DNA of 64,000 nucleotides, taken from the human T2T-CHM13v2.0 reference genome, Homo sapiens. Below, piece after piece: positions 1 to 22,411 of the stretch. Location: the NCBI RefSeq assembly GCF_009914755.1, contig NC_060947.1; one strand, 5' to 3'. A model generated the notes under the pieces. It had not been told where the DNA came from, searched no databases, and was given only the letters and a program-made list of their open reading frames with translations. Position numbers and translations under genes: made by a program. Every line of letters starts with the position of its first letter. The first letter of the stretch is position 1.

Positions 1-157
1 GAAGTTGATTAAAGTCAGTAAAACATAGGCTCTCTGATTATGCTGCAAATCTTTCCAAGCCAGAAGAACCAGCATTGTTATGAAGGCTCCTTTGCTTAAC
101 AGTTTGCTTTATTTGCTTAATAATTACTTAAATAAATAACTGTATTTAAAACAATGA

Positions 158-2612
<2,455 letters not shown>

Positions 2613-2770
2613 AAAACAATGAAATATTTTCACTTTTTTACTCGTAAATATAGCATTTGAGTATTCTTCTAGTAACAAAACAAGTTTCACTTAATAAGAC
2701 ACTATTAGTAATCTTATTAATGGTTCTGGTTGTTTTCTAAACAGAGTAAACTATAGGGTAAGTTATTTAC

Positions 2771-2865
2771 CTTACATTTGTAAATGAAGGTCCTTTGATG
2801 CAGATCTAGTTGGTTCTCCTCTGAGGTTCTGTCTGTAAGGTCAGTTACTTGAACAGGAAACTATC
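2771..2865 (-). other. candidate non-coding exon (95 nt; 90 nt with alternative donor)
   Basis: minus strand: tttcctctctcag|GATAG...TGTAAG|gtaaat (or AAT|gtaagg, exon 2776-2865); stops in all three frames. Confidence 0.35.
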
Positions 2866-3156
2866 CTGAGAGAGGAAACCCAAGATATCTATATTTGTTA
2901 TTTAAGTAATCTCTGACATTCTTGTGAGTTTTAGTTGATCTTCTATTTCATGGGAGTGAACCAAAAGGAAAAATATATCATCAATTTTAGAAAAATAAAT
3001 TGGGGCTAGATAAAACACATGCATATATATTTTGTCTACTTATTTCTCTAAACATGGTCAGGTAAAAAACCAAAAATGGGTAAGGATTCCAGAAAATCAA
3101 AGAAGATATTTGACAATGAATATTTCAATACTTGACAATTTCCACCCCACTGATAC

Positions 3157-3778
3157 TTTTATTTATTTATTTTTATTATACTTAAGTTCTGGGATGCATG
3201 TGCAGAATGTGCAGGTTTGTTACATAGGTATAAACGTGCCATGGTGGTTTGCTGCATCCATCAACCCGTCATCTACATTAGGTATTTCTCCTAATGCTAT
3301 CCCTCCCCTAGACCCTACACCTCAACAGGCCCCAGTGTATGATGTTCCCCTCCCTGTGTCCATGTGTTCTCGTTGTTCAACTCCTACTTATGAGTGAGAA
3401 CATGTGATGTTTGGTTTTCTGTTCCTGTGTTAGTTTGCTGAATTTGATGCTATCCCCATCAAGCTACCATTTTCTTCACAGAATTAGAAAAAACTACTTT
3501 AAATTTTATATGGAACCAAAAGAGAGCCCGTATAGCCAAGAAAATCCTAAGCAAAAAGAACAAAGCTGGAGGCATCACACTACCTGACTTCAAACTATAC
3601 TACAAGGCTACAGTAACCAAAACAGCATGGTACTGGTACCAAAACAGATATATAGACCAATGGAACAGAACAGAGGCCTCAGAAATAACACCACCCTTCT
3701 ACAACCATCTGATCTTTGACAAGCCTGACAAAAACAAGCAATAGGGAAAGGATTCCCTATTTAATAAATGGTGTTGGG
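3157..3778 (-). mobile_element. 5'-inverted L1PA7/8-like element (3'UTR on minus 3157-3440; ORF2 fragment on plus 3441-3778)
   Basis: poly-T plus L1 3'UTR antisense, abrupt switch at 3440/3441 to sense ORF2 (gatgctatccccatcaagctacc...ggtgttggg). Confidence 0.88.
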
Positions 3779-4566
3779 ATATTTTCAAAATAAGAGGCTG
3801 GTCTAGGATTGCAAACAAAAACGTTCCCCAGAAAACTCTCATGACACTGTAACAATGGGAAATTTCTGTAACAGGTATATTTTTAGATTTAGTCAAAATT
3901 TTAATTAGAAAAGCTATATATGCTGAAGGACTTTCCTTCATAACATGAAAAAATGTATATTGCCAAATATATTGATTATTTTTAATTTAACTTTACAATT
4001 ATAGAAATTTTATTGATGATTTTTAAAAAATGCATTTGTTAATTCATCCCTTCATTCTGAACACTGTAGCAATCACTGTTCATTAATCTTAGCTTGCAGA
4101 ATTACAATTATAATGAGAGCTATAGTAAAAAGAATGTCACACATTGTGTATTATAACTTCCCGGGCAACCAGGACAAGAGACAAACTAGGAGACACAGAA
4201 GTGAAGAACGAGCACTTTTCAGAAAGTATATTAAAAGTCCTTTGATTGAGAGCTTAACGACAGGACTGAAGTTAAGCCTTTGGCCTTCAGCATAGCTGTT
4301 ATAACATAAACATTAACAATCTACAAATGTTCATTTACAAATTTACAAACCTAGCCCACTTGTTGCAATCATGATAGGAGTCAGTTTACTGATGAGTAAA
4401 ACCTATTATTGACTCTGTTGGCAGTGGAGCGTTCATTCTCACCATTCTCTGGTGGTTTTATTCAGAAAAGATTGTAATACTGGGCACATTTTTATGACTT
4501 ATCACATGTTATTTACACAAGTAGTTTGGATCAAAGTGGTAGTTGACCTGGATCTAGAGAGTTCAT

Positions 4567-4660
4567 TCTCACTATGTTGCCCAGGATGGTCTGGAACTCC
4601 TGGGCTCAAGTGATCTTCCGGCCTCAAGCCTCCAGAGAAGCAGAAATTATAGGCTGTGTG
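4567..4660 (-). mobile_element. old Alu monomer/FLAM fragment
   Basis: tctcactatgttgcccaggatggtctggaactcctgggctcaagtgatc matches Alu left arm antisense. Confidence 0.75.
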
Positions 4661-5109
4661 CTTAATTGCTAAAAATTTTAATGACAATAACATGACTTGA
4701 ATACAAAACTGGTAGAGAGAAAGGCACAGGAATCCCAAATCTGTCTCATCTCACTCCATTTCTGTGCCTTCTAATGTTATTTAAAACACTGAAATCTCTT
4801 TATTTTCACTCAGAAATACAAAAATTGAGGTAGTCCCATTGGTAGTGAAGACGACCTCAGCTCAAGTTCCTAGGGCCTAACAGAACTTTGGTCAAGCCTA
4901 AAACAAGCTAAATGTTCATATCATTTTTCTTCACATAATTATTATCTGAGACACCAGACATGCCCACTCTAGGACATATTGGGTGCTGCATTGAGAAATT
5001 CATTTGTAGGCTGAATAATTTTTCTAATCTTAATTTTCCTCTCACAGTACAAGAGAGTAAATGCTTCCTAACTTCTTTATATGCTTTAGAAAAAAGAATA
5101 CCAAGTCAA

Positions 5110-5437
<328 letters not shown>

Positions 5438-5747
5438 TCAATAAATAAATCCACCACTAGCTCTGAGATTCTTCCCTCCACCAAGCCCAGAAAAATTGCA
5501 TTTAAATACAGAATTCGTTTCTGCAACTTTCACTCTGAAAAATCTTATTATTACTGAGGGAAAAGAAACAGTATTAGCTCTACGAAGAGGATTGCTGTGC
5601 TACATTTGCATAGTTCTTAACATGATAAGAAAAAAATGCCTATGATATATATTTTTGACAGTTTGACAGTTTCACTGTTCAGATTCGACATTCAACATTT
5701 AAAAGGCAAGTAATTGAAACTGCTATTACTCTGCTAAACAGAGTTCA

Positions 5748-6152
<405 letters not shown>

Positions 6153-6296
6153 TCATTGTTAATGAATTACAATACTTCCTTAAAGTGCTTATAGTATACA
6201 TATTAGCTTCCTACTTGTGTCATATATACCTGTTCTATATATCAATTAACCGTATAACAATGTCACTAACATTTACGATAAGAATACATAAGTGCT

Positions 6297-6634
<338 letters not shown>

Positions 6635-7679
6635 TTACACTGTGATGTTTCCTTAGCAACTTTCTTGTAAAATATATGAAAAATATTTCTGTATAATTTA
6701 AAAACAGGAGTTTGCATGTATAAATTCACTATATGTAGATATATTAAATACATAAATAATCTTCTTTCCTACATTTTACTTAGTCACTATTGTCAGAATG
6801 TGAAAATTGCATACTATTTTAAAAACATGACTTGGCTATCTTTTGCCATATTATTTTATTTAAAGATAGAATATTCTTAGGAAAATGGACCTTAGGTACT
6901 TAAATCAGAAGTTCAAAGACTAGCCAGGAGTAATTTTGGAGGACATGGCTTCTGTATAACTCAAAGTATGTGTTCTTCGTTTCAGTAATAAATGTAAAAT
7001 TTATTCTTGGGAAATGCTCCTTAAATGCCTTGAATCAATTCCAATTTTTATATTTTAATCAATAATATTATTAAATATTTTTCCCCTAGGCTCGACACCA
7101 AATATCATCAGATGTTTCCCCCCTAGACTAGACCTCTAAAAATATAATGAAAAAGTGGAAATGCTGTCAGAACAAAAGTTACATATAAATTATTCAGGTA
7201 TTTTTAAAATTCCATATGGATTCTATGCCACCTGTTATAATCAGAGAAACTTTCTATCCTCTACTTCCCTCCTTTAACAAGTTGTCAAATTCAATTTCCA
7301 ATTAAATCAATTTTTGGAAAACAGTTGTTGCTTTAATTTTTTCGGTCATAATTATTGCAACAACTTTTTGATTGCTTTCATTACAGCAAATGTCATTTTT
7401 AAAACAATCAGTACAATAAAATGACTTGACTTTAGCCATGTTTGTGTCTATCTGCTTTAATGCACTATAAATGTAGTGTTTCAGACATTTTTAGAAAAAG
7501 GTATTACTTTTACAGATTATACTGAGAAGTATACACATATTTTGCTACACATTTATTTTTAAGGAAAACAATTTGCACAGTTATATTTGGTATGAGATGA
7601 AAACTATATTTTTTAACTTAAACTATCTGTCTTTAGCTGACTAGTACATTGTTTCTAGAAAAGTAAACATGTATTTCTT

Positions 7680-10050
7680 CTTTTATTTTATTTAACATTT
7701 ATTGTAGGTTCAGGGTTACATGTACAGTTTTGTTACATAGGTAAATTGCATGTCATGGGGTTTTGGTGTACAGATTATTTTATCACTCAGGTAAATAAGT
7801 ATAGTACGTGATAGGTAGTTTTTTGATCCTCACCCTCCTCCCACCACCCACCCTCAACTAGGCCCCAGTGTCTGTTGTTCCCTTCTTGTTGTCCATATGT
7901 TCTCAATATTTAGGTCCCACTTATAAGAAAGAACATGCATTATTTGTTTTTTCTCTTCCTTTGTTAGTTTGCTTAGGATAATGGCCTCAAACTCCATCCA
8001 TGTTTCTGCGAAGAACATGATCTCATTCATCTTTACAGCTCCATAGTATTCCATGGTGTATATGTATCATATTTTCTTTATTCAGTCTACTGTTGATGGG
8101 CACTTAGGTTGATTCCATTTCCTTGCTATCGTGAATAGTCCTGCAATAAACATATGCATGCATTTGTCATAATGGTAGAACAATTTATATTCATTTGGGA
8201 ATACAGCCAATAATGGGACTGCTGGGTCAATTTGGTTTCAAGTTCTTTGAGGAATCACCAAACTTTGCTTTCCACAAAGGCTGAACTAATTTACATTCCC
8301 AGCAGAAGTGCATAAGTGTTTCCTTCTCTGCAACTTTGTCAGCATCTATTATTTTTGACTCTTTAGTAATAGACATTGTCATTGGTATGAGATGATATAT
8401 CACTGTAGTTTTGATTTCCATTTCTCTAATGATGAGCGATGTTGAGCATGTTTTCATATGCTTGTAGTTCACATTGTGCCTTCGTTTGAAAGGTGTCTGT
8501 TCATGTCCTTTGCCCACTTTTTGATGGGGTTCTTTGTTTTTTGCTTGTAATTTGTTTAAGTTCCTTACAGATTCTGGACATTAAACCATTGTTGGATACA
8601 CAGCTTGCAAATATTTTCTCACATTCTGTCTGTTTAATCTGCTGATAGTTTCTTTTGGTGTACCGAAGCTCTTCAGTTTCATTAGGTTCTATCTGTCCAC
8701 TTGTGTTTTTGATGCAATTGCTTTTGGCATCTTTGTCATAAAGTCTTTGCCAGGTCGTGTGTCAAAAATAATATTTCCTAGGTTATCTTTCAGGGTTTTT
8801 AGAGTTTTTTGTTTTAGATTTATGTCTTTAATCTATCTTGAGTTTTTTTGTATATTATGTAAGGAAGGAGTCCAATTTTAATCTTCTACATATGGCTAGC
8901 CAGTTATCCCAGCATCATTTATTGAATACCAAGTCCTTTCCCCATTGCTTGTTTTGCTCAATTTTGTCAAAGATCAGATGGTTTTAAGTGTGCAGCATTA
9001 TTTCTGGGCTTTCTATTCTGTTCCATTGGTCTATGTGTCTGTTTTTGTAGGAATAATATGCTGTTTTGATTACTGTACCCTTGTAGAATATTTTGAAGCT
9101 GGGTAATGAGATGCTTCCACCTTGTTTTCTTTTTACTTAGGATTGCATTGGGTTCCACATGAATTTTAAAATAGTTTTTCTAGTTCTGGGAATAATGTCA
9201 TTGGTAGTTTGATAGGAATAGCATTGAACCCGTACATTGCTTTGGGCAGTATGGCAATTTTGACAATGTTGATTTTTCCTGTCGATGAGAATGGAATGTT
9301 TCTCCATTTGTCTGTGTCATCTCCAATTTCTTTGAGCAATGTTTTGTAATTCTCATAGCAGAGGTCTTTTACCACCTTGGTTAGCTGTATTCCTAGGAAT
9401 TGTATTCTTTTTGTGGCTATTGTGAATGGGATTGCATATCACTTCTTCTTTTCCTATTTGGATGTCTTTTATTCCTTTCTGTTGCCTGATTACACTGGCA
9501 TGGACTCCCAGTACTATGTGAAATAGGAGTGAAGAGAGTGGGCATCCTTCTCTGGTTCTGTATATCAAGCGGAATGTTTCCAGCTTTTTCCCATTCAGTA
9601 TGATGTTGGCTGTGGATTTTGCATATATGGCTCTTATTATTTTGAAGTATGTTCCTTCAATGTCTAGTTTGTTGAGGGTTTTTAACATGAAGGGATGTTG
9701 AATTTTATTGAAAGTTTTTTCTTCAGCTACTGAGATGATTATGTGGTTTTGCTTTTAGTTCTGTTTATGTGATGAATCACATTTATTGATTGGCTTATGT
9801 TGAGCCAATCTTGTATTCCAAGGATAAAGTCTACTCGATTATGGTGGATTAGCTTTTTGATGTGCTGCTGGATTTGGTTTGCTAGTATTTTGTTAAGAAT
9901 GTTTGCATCTATGCTCCACAAGAATATTGGCCTGGAGTTTTCTTTTTTGTTGTTTTTGTGTCTTTGCCAGGTTTTGGTGATGCTGGTCTCATAAAATGAG
10001 TTAGGAAAGAGACCTTCCTCCTCAACTTTTTGGAATAGTTTCAGTAGGAA
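7680..10050 (-). mobile_element. 5'-truncated L1, L1PA15/16-like, with internal deletion near 9437
   Basis: minus-strand ORF2 peptides (8227-10080 ORFs) and old L1PA 3'UTR. Confidence 0.9.
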
Positions 10051-10055
10051 ACTAT

Positions 10056-13000
10056 TCAGAGTATTTAAGGTGTCCATCACCTGAGTACAATATATTTTTG
10101 TTCAGTATAGTAACTGTACTCTGCTATCAGGCATTGAATCTATTCCTGCTATTTTCCTGCGTGCCTATACCTTATAACACACTTGTGTTGTTCCTCCCTT
10201 CCATCAGCCTTCTCAGTCTCTGTTACCTATGTTTCTGCTCTCTACTTCATGTAATCAAATATTTTATCTACCAGATATGAGTGAGAATATGCAAGGTCTT
10301 TATGCTGTGCCAGGCTTATTCCACTTAAGATAATGACCTCAAGTTTCATTCATGTTGCTGTAAATGACACAATTTTATTCTTTTTATGGTTGAATATTAT
10401 TCAGTTGTGTATATATACCACATTTTCTTTATCAATTCATCTGTTGATGGGCACTTAAGTTGATTCCATATATTTGCTCCCATGAATAGTGCTGCAATAA
10501 ACATGCTAGTGCAGGTATCCATTTGATATACTGATTTCTTTTCCTTTGGGTAGATATCCAGTAGAGATTGTTAAATCAAATGAAAGTTCTAGTTTTAGGT
10601 TTTTCAGAAATTTCTATACTGTTTTCCATAGTGCTGTACTAGTTTACATTGCAAAAAACAATGTATAATTTTCTCCACACCCTCGCCAATGTCTGTTTTT
10701 TTGTGTGTGTCTCTTTAATGATAACCATTATTACTTGGGTAAGAGGGCATCTCATTATGCTTTTAATTTTCATTTCTCTGATGATCAGGGATGTTGAACA
10801 TTTTTTCATAAACTTGTTGCGTGTTTGTGTGTCTTCTTTTGAGAAATGTCTGTTCATGTTTTTTTGCCCAGTTTTTAATAGGATTACTTGGGTTATTTTC
10901 CTATCATTTGGGTTCCTTGTATATTCTGGATATTAGTTCCTTATAAATAATTAGTTTGCAAATATTTTCTCCTGTTCAACAAGCTGGTTGTCTCTTCACT
11001 CTGTTGATTATATCATTTGCTTTCTACTTTAATTATATCCCACTTTTACTATTTTTGTTTTCTGTTGCATATGCTTTGGAGTCTGTCACAAACTCCTTGT
11101 TCAGGAAAGTTTTTCCTGGGTTTTCTTCTAGTATTTTGATAGTTTCAGGTCTTATATTTAAGTCTGTAATCCATTCAGAGTAGTTTTTTATGGTGAGAAA
11201 TAAGAGTCCAGTTTCTTCTACATGTGGCTATCTAATTTTCTCAGCATTAGTTATTAAAGAGGGTATTTTTTCCTTAATGTAAGTTCTTGTTGGCTTTGTA
11301 AATATATCAGTTGGATTTATTTCTGGGTTATCTATTTTATTCCATTGGTCTATGTGTCTATTTTCATACCAATGCCATGTTGTTTTGGTAACTATAGCCT
11401 TGTAGTATATTCTGAAGTCAGGTGATGTGATGCCTTCAGCTTTCTTCTTTCTGCTCAAGATTGCTTTGGCTATTCAGGTTCTTACTTGTTCCATATACAT
11501 TTTAAGAATTTTTTTCTAATTATGTGATGAATGGCATTGGTATTTTCATAGTGATTAAATTAAATCTGTATGTTTCATTGGGCAGTAGGGTCATTATAAT
11601 GGTGTTAATTCTTCTGATCCATGAGAATGAGATAATTTTTATTTGTTTGTGTCTTCTTCAACTTATTTCATCAGTGTTTTGTAGTTTTTCTTGTAGAGAT
11701 TTTTTACTTCCTTGGTTAAATTTGGTCCTAGGTATTTTATTTTTTGTTGCTATTATAAATGGGATTGTCTTCTTGATTTCTTTTTCAGCTAGATCATTGT
11801 TGGTGTATAGATATGCTAGTGATTTTTGTACATTGATTTCATATTCTATAATTTACTGAATTCATTTATCACATCCATGAGGTTTTGGTAAAGTCCTTAG
11901 ATTTTTCTAGTTATAAGATTATTGAGGGTGGGTATGGTAGCTCATGACCGTAATCCCAGGACTTGGGAGGACGAGGTGGGCAGATACCTTGAGATCAAGA
12001 GTTTGAGACCAGCCTAGCCAACATGGTGAAACCCCATCTCTACTAAAAATACAAAAATTAGCCAGGCATGATGGCAGGAACCTTTAATCCTAGCTACTTG
12101 GGAGACTGAGGCGGGAGGAGAATGCCTTGAACCCGAGAGTTGGAGGTTGCAGTGAACCGAGATCATGCCACCACACTTCAGCCTACGTGACACAGTGAGA
12201 CTCTGTCTCAAAAATAAAAAAAAAAAATGAATAAGCAAAGAGAAACTATTTGAAGTTCTCATTTTTAACTTTGATGCTTTTTATTTCTTTATCTTACTTG
12301 ATACCTCTGACTAGGACTTCCAGGACTACGTTAAGTAGGAGTGATGAAATTGGGCATCCATGTCTTGTTCCAGTTCTTAGAGAAAAGGCTTTCAACTTTT
12401 CCCCATTCAGAATAATGTTAGCTATGTGTTTTTCAAATATGGCCTTCATTATTATCAAATCTGATAGTTCTGTGCCTAGTTTGTTGAGGGTTTTTATCTT
12501 GAAGTGATGTTGAATTTTATCAAATGCTTTTTTCTACATCTATTGAGAATATAATATGGCTTTTCTCCTTCATTCTGTTGATGTGAAGTATCATGTTTAT
12601 TGATTTGTGTACGTTGAAACATCCTTGGCTCCCTGAAATAAACACTCCTTGATTGTGGTGTATTGTCTTTCTGTTGTCCTGTTGGATTTGATTCACTAGT
12701 ATTTTGTGAGTATTTTTGTGTCCATGTTCAAGAAATACATAGCCCTGTAGTTTTCCTTTTTTGTGACTTCCCTGTCTGGTTTTGGTATCAGGGTGATGCT
12801 GGGCACATAGAATGAGTTAGGAAGCCTTCTGTTTACCTCGGTGTTTTAAAAAAGCTGTAACAAGATTGTCATTGTGGTCAGTTGGATTTCTGTCGTGATA
12901 AAATGTGAGTCCTTTATTTTCCTCTTTTTTGTTACTGCTTTTATACTTTTGTGTATTCTCATGATGGTAAATGTCATCCTTTCATGTCCAGGTTTGGGAG

Positions 13001-13196
13001 CTCCTTGAGCATTTCTTATAGGCCTGGTCTAATGTAATAAATTCCCTTGTCATTTGCTTGCCTGGGAGAGAATAATTCTTTTTCATTTATGATGGATAAT
13101 CCAATGGACAGTGTTCTTGGGTGGCAGATTGTTTTTATTACAGCAATTTGAATATATCATCACATTCTCTTCTGGCCTATAAATTTTCTGCTGAAA
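10056..13196 (-). mobile_element. L1MA3-like element (3'UTR, ORF2 with deletions, ORF1 part), interrupted by Alu at 11926 and by L1s at 13197; short continuation 20138-20180
   Basis: degenerate ORF2 peptides ([24 protein letters not shown]); ORF1 antisense sequence resumes after the TSD at 20138. Confidence 0.8.
11926..12227 (+). mobile_element. AluS nested in L1
   Basis: full dimer with A-tail; TSD not clear. Confidence 0.9.
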
Positions 13197-15416
13197 GGCA
13201 GAGCAAGATGGGAGAATAGAAACCACCATCAATCATTCTCATCACAGAAACACTAAATTTAACAACTGTCTACACCCAAAACACCTACATAAGAACCAAA
13301 AATTCGTTGAGTGATCACAGTACCTGGCTTTAACTTCTTATCACTGAAAGAGGCATTAACAGGGTAGGAAAGATAGTTTGGAATTGCCAACACCACTCTC
13401 TCATATGATGGCAGGGGATGCATTGTATGGAGAAAGAATCTCTGTGCTTTAGTGAGGGAGAGTGCAGAAATTGTGGGAATTATCACTGGAACTCAGCACT
13501 GCTGACACCGGGAAGAAGTCAGCTGATGAATACAGAGAGAACATTGAGATGATCCCTATCCTGAGTGGAATTATTCACCCCAGTGGTCCTAACTTGACTT
13601 TCATCAAGCCTTGCCACTGGGGGAAAAAGTGCTCCTGAGTTTTAAATAAACTTGAAAAGTAGTCTACGCCACAAGGACTGCAACTCATAGGCAAGTCTTA
13701 GTGCTGTGCTGGGTTCAGAGCCAGTGCACTTGGGGAACATGCAACATAGTGAGACACCAGCCAGGGTGGCTAAGGGAGTGCTTGCACCACATTTTCTGAC
13801 TATTTCATAAGATATTATCTGATTATTTGAAATCACATATATGACTTCAAATTATACTACAGAGCTATAGTAACCAAAACAGCATTATACTGGCATAAAA
13901 ACAGACACATAGAACAATGGAACAGATTAGAGAATCCAGAAATAAATTTATACATTTACAGCAAACTGATTTTTGACAAAGGTGCCAAGAAGATACATTT
14001 AGAAAAAGTCTCTTCAATAAATGATGCTTTGAAAACTGGATATCCATATGGAGAGTATAAAACTAGACCCCTATCTCTTGACATATACATAAATCATATT
14101 AAAATTAATAAGAGGCTTTAATCCAAGGCCTCAAACTATGAAACTACTACAAGAAAACCTTAGGGAAACTCTGCAGTACGTTGGACTGGGAAAAGATTTA
14201 TTGAGTAACACCGTGTAAGCACAGGCAACTGAAACAAAAATGCACAAATGGGATCACATCAAGTTGGAAAGATTCTGTACAGCAAAGGAAACAATCAACA
14301 AAGTGTAGAAACAACCCACAGAATTGGAGAAAATATGTGCAAACTACCCATCCAATAAAGGATAATAACCGGGATATATAAGGAACTCAAATAACTCTAT
14401 AGGGAAAAAAATCCAATAATCTGATTTCAAAATGGGCAAAAGTTTTAAATAGTCATTTCTCAAAAGAAGATATGCAAATGTCAAACAGGCATACGAAATA
14501 GAACTCAACATCATTGATCATTAGAAAAATGCAAATCAAAACTACAATGAGATATTGCCTCACCACATGGCTTCTATCCAAAAGATAGGCTATAGCAAAT
14601 GATGGTAAGGATGTGGAGAAAAGGGAATGTTCTTACACTTTTGGTCACAATGTAAGTTACTGCAACCACTATGGAGAACAGTTTCAAAGTTCCCCCCAAA
14701 AACTACAAATAGAGCTACCATTTAATCTAGCAATCCCACCTCTAGGTATATACCCCAAAGAAATGAAATCAGTGTATCCAAGGGATATCCACACTTCCAT
14801 GTTTGTTGCCACACTATTCACAATTTCAAAGATTTGGAAACATCGTAATTGTCCATCAACAGATGAATGGATGAAGAAACGTGGTACATAGACACGATGG
14901 AGTGCTAATCACCTATAAAAATGAATGAGATTCTGTCATTTGCAATAACATGGATGGGACTGGAGGTCATTTTGTGAAGTGAAATATTCCAGGCACAGAA
15001 AGACAAATGTCACATGTTTTTACTTATTTGTGAAGGCTAAAACTGAAACAATTGAACTCATGGAGATAGAGAGCAGAATGATGTTTACTGGAGGCTGGGA
15101 AAGGTACTGGGGTGGTGAAGAAGTCAGGATTTTTAATAGGTACAAATAGTAGAAATAATGAGTAAGATCTAGTATTTGATAGCACAACAGGGTGCCTATT
15201 GTCAAAATAATTTATTGTACATTTAAAAATAACTAAAATAGTATAATTGGATTGTTTGTATTACAAAGGATAATTGCTTGAGGCGATGGATACAACTTTT
15301 ACTCTGATGTGATTATTATACATTGTATGCCTGTCTCAACATATCTCATACATGACATAAATATATACTTACTGTGGGCCCACAAAAAATAAAAATAAAA
15401 CATTTAAAAATAAATA
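13197..15416 (+). mobile_element. internally deleted L1MA1/2-like element (5'UTR 13197-13790 fused to ORF2 3' part and 3'UTR)
   Basis: 5' end ggcagagcaagatgg; ORF2 resumes near 13830; L1MA 3'UTR; TSD ATAAATTTTCT(GC/AT)TGAAA 13179-13196 / 20120-20137. Confidence 0.85.
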
Positions 15417-20110
<4,694 letters not shown>

Positions 20111-20338
20111 TTAAATAAAATAAATTTTCTATTGAAATATCTGCTGGTCATATGATGTTGTTTTTCCATAAAGTTACTGAGGCATAGTACCAAGGCTATC
20201 CTTAGAGACAGCCAAAAAAAATGGGTACTTACATGGTTTGATTGGAATTATCAAATATTTCACCACACATTCTTCACTCTTGACTATTCTGATTATTTTA
20301 TCAGATTAACCTAAAAGTACATATTATTAATTTGGCAG

Positions 20339-20389
20339 AAATATGGTTATTGGCAAATGCATTTTAAAATATGGTTATTGGCAAATGCA
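20339..20389. repeat. perfect 23-bp direct repeat with 5-bp spacer
   Basis: AAATATGGTTATTGGCAAATGCA at 20339-20361 and 20367-20389. Confidence 0.9.
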
Positions 20390-21690
20390 GACAGAGTGGA
20401 GATGGAAAGTATGGAAAAGCCAAACAAGTAAGACACCATGTAGGCTACATCTGACGGAGAGTGAAATTCTGTGACTACGAAAACCTTTGTTGTTTTGATT
20501 TTAAAAAGAAAATCATTGTAAACGATATATTCATTGCAACAATTTCTAAAAATTCAGAAATATGTAAAAGAATGAAATTCCCTGAGGCCCTATTTCCCTT
20601 CCTAATTATATTCCTCAGGGGTACTTGTCATCTTTTATAGTTTAGAGTGTGTACTTTGGCTGGTAGACTTTTCAATGTCTCTGCAAACAAGGAATCCTAT
20701 TAAGAAAATACTTCTGCACTTACACAACTGCCTATAGACCATTCTACCTAGAAAATTAACACTATGCATATTTTTTCTCCTTTTATCACAGGCTGGAAAT
20801 GGAAAACAATAGAAGTAAGAAGCTAAAATCTAGTATTCATCATTTTCTTTTAGATAGGCAGAGTATACAGAGCAAGAAGCATCTTCACTGGAGAATTAAG
20901 TAGTCTCATTTGTGTCTAAAATATATGGGTGTTCAATTAAACAGAGACATAAACAGGACTTATGTGTAGCTCTGTCATCTTCTTCAATGTTGGTAATTAC
21001 ACTTATTTAGCAATATCCTGATGATTAAACATTTGCCTCTGAACTAATAAAACCACCAGGGCAAGTACTGTAGTAAAATAACTAAGAGGATGATTATAGC
21101 AATAGCTTTATAGGGCAGATGGGAAGAGATCACATTAAAATAGAGCAAAATCTCGTAAGTCAATAGGAAATACAGACAGGGAAAATAAAACAGTATTTCC
21201 CTAGTGACGCATAATTTTAATTTTGGTTGCCTGTAGAAACAGCTCTCAACATATTAAGCAATTGTATGCAATTTAATTGAATTTTGTACTGTATGTCTCC
21301 TTTAATCTTTATCAGATAATTAACTGATTGCTTCTATTGCAGCATTCATAGAAACGTCTGGATTTTAAATTAAAATGTTGCAGAAGTTCACACAAGCTTA
21401 TAACAGGGTAACAGTATATTTAAAAAACCAATATTAGAGAAAGTAGAATTAATTGTGTTTATGTTGACTTATATGGCATAACATAATTTAGTTTTGTTAA
21501 ACTTCATTGGAGTCAGAGTATCTTTTATTTTTGATACCAAATGGATTGTTCACATAGTTTCAATCTTACATATTGTATGAAACATTTAAGCACTTATGAA
21601 AAAACATTTTAAAATTTCCAATACAACCTATAAATAAGACAAACTTATCTATGGTATTAAATATTTATAGTCCCTAAATAACCACAAAAT

Positions 21691-21723
21691 TGTGTGTGTG
21701 CATGTGTGTGTGTGTGTGTGTGT
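21691..21723. repeat. (TG)n microsatellite
   Basis: direct read, one CA interruption. Confidence 0.95.
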
Positions 21724-22411
21724 TTACAGTTTCTCATGTGGCTATTAAATTCCTTTCTTGTTCCTCTCAGAGGCACTTAATGTAAAATGACAAACATTTC
21801 CCATTATTTTAAATGTAATGAGTACTCTTGGTTATGTTTAAATAAAACTGTCATCTCTAAACAATTAAAAAATGAAAACTAGAAATAACCACTGTGTGGA
21901 AAAAAAACGAGGAAAATCCAATTATCACTAAAATACAATGAATTCCCTCTGTATAAGTAGGGAGTCAGGAAGCTCATTGAGTGTTTCACAAGTAATTTAA
22001 AACCATATGTTGCCTCTAACAGAAGAAAAGCATACAGCAACAAGAAGGCAACTTAAGCAAAGAGAATCTCAACACCCAAAAGCCAGAGTAAAATTTGAAA
22101 CACCTGTATTTCTTCTTAAACACACTGGAGAGCCTGAATCTTATTTTTTTTTGTAATAGTATTAACGGTATGATGAAGAATTTATTCTTTTTCAAAGTAT
22201 GTGTATTTTTTTTTATTTTTACTCTATCTAACAGTTATTGCATACTGTGACTGCTCTTACAAGTCCCTTAGAAGATACTAACAGCTGAACTGCAATTTAG
22301 CAGTGGCAATAGTTTTTTCCAAATGAAAAGATGATCAAAAAGCAGAATCATGTTTATTAATTCAACTGTGTACAAGCTATTACAAATATATTGTTTTCAA
22401 ATGTGACTTAA

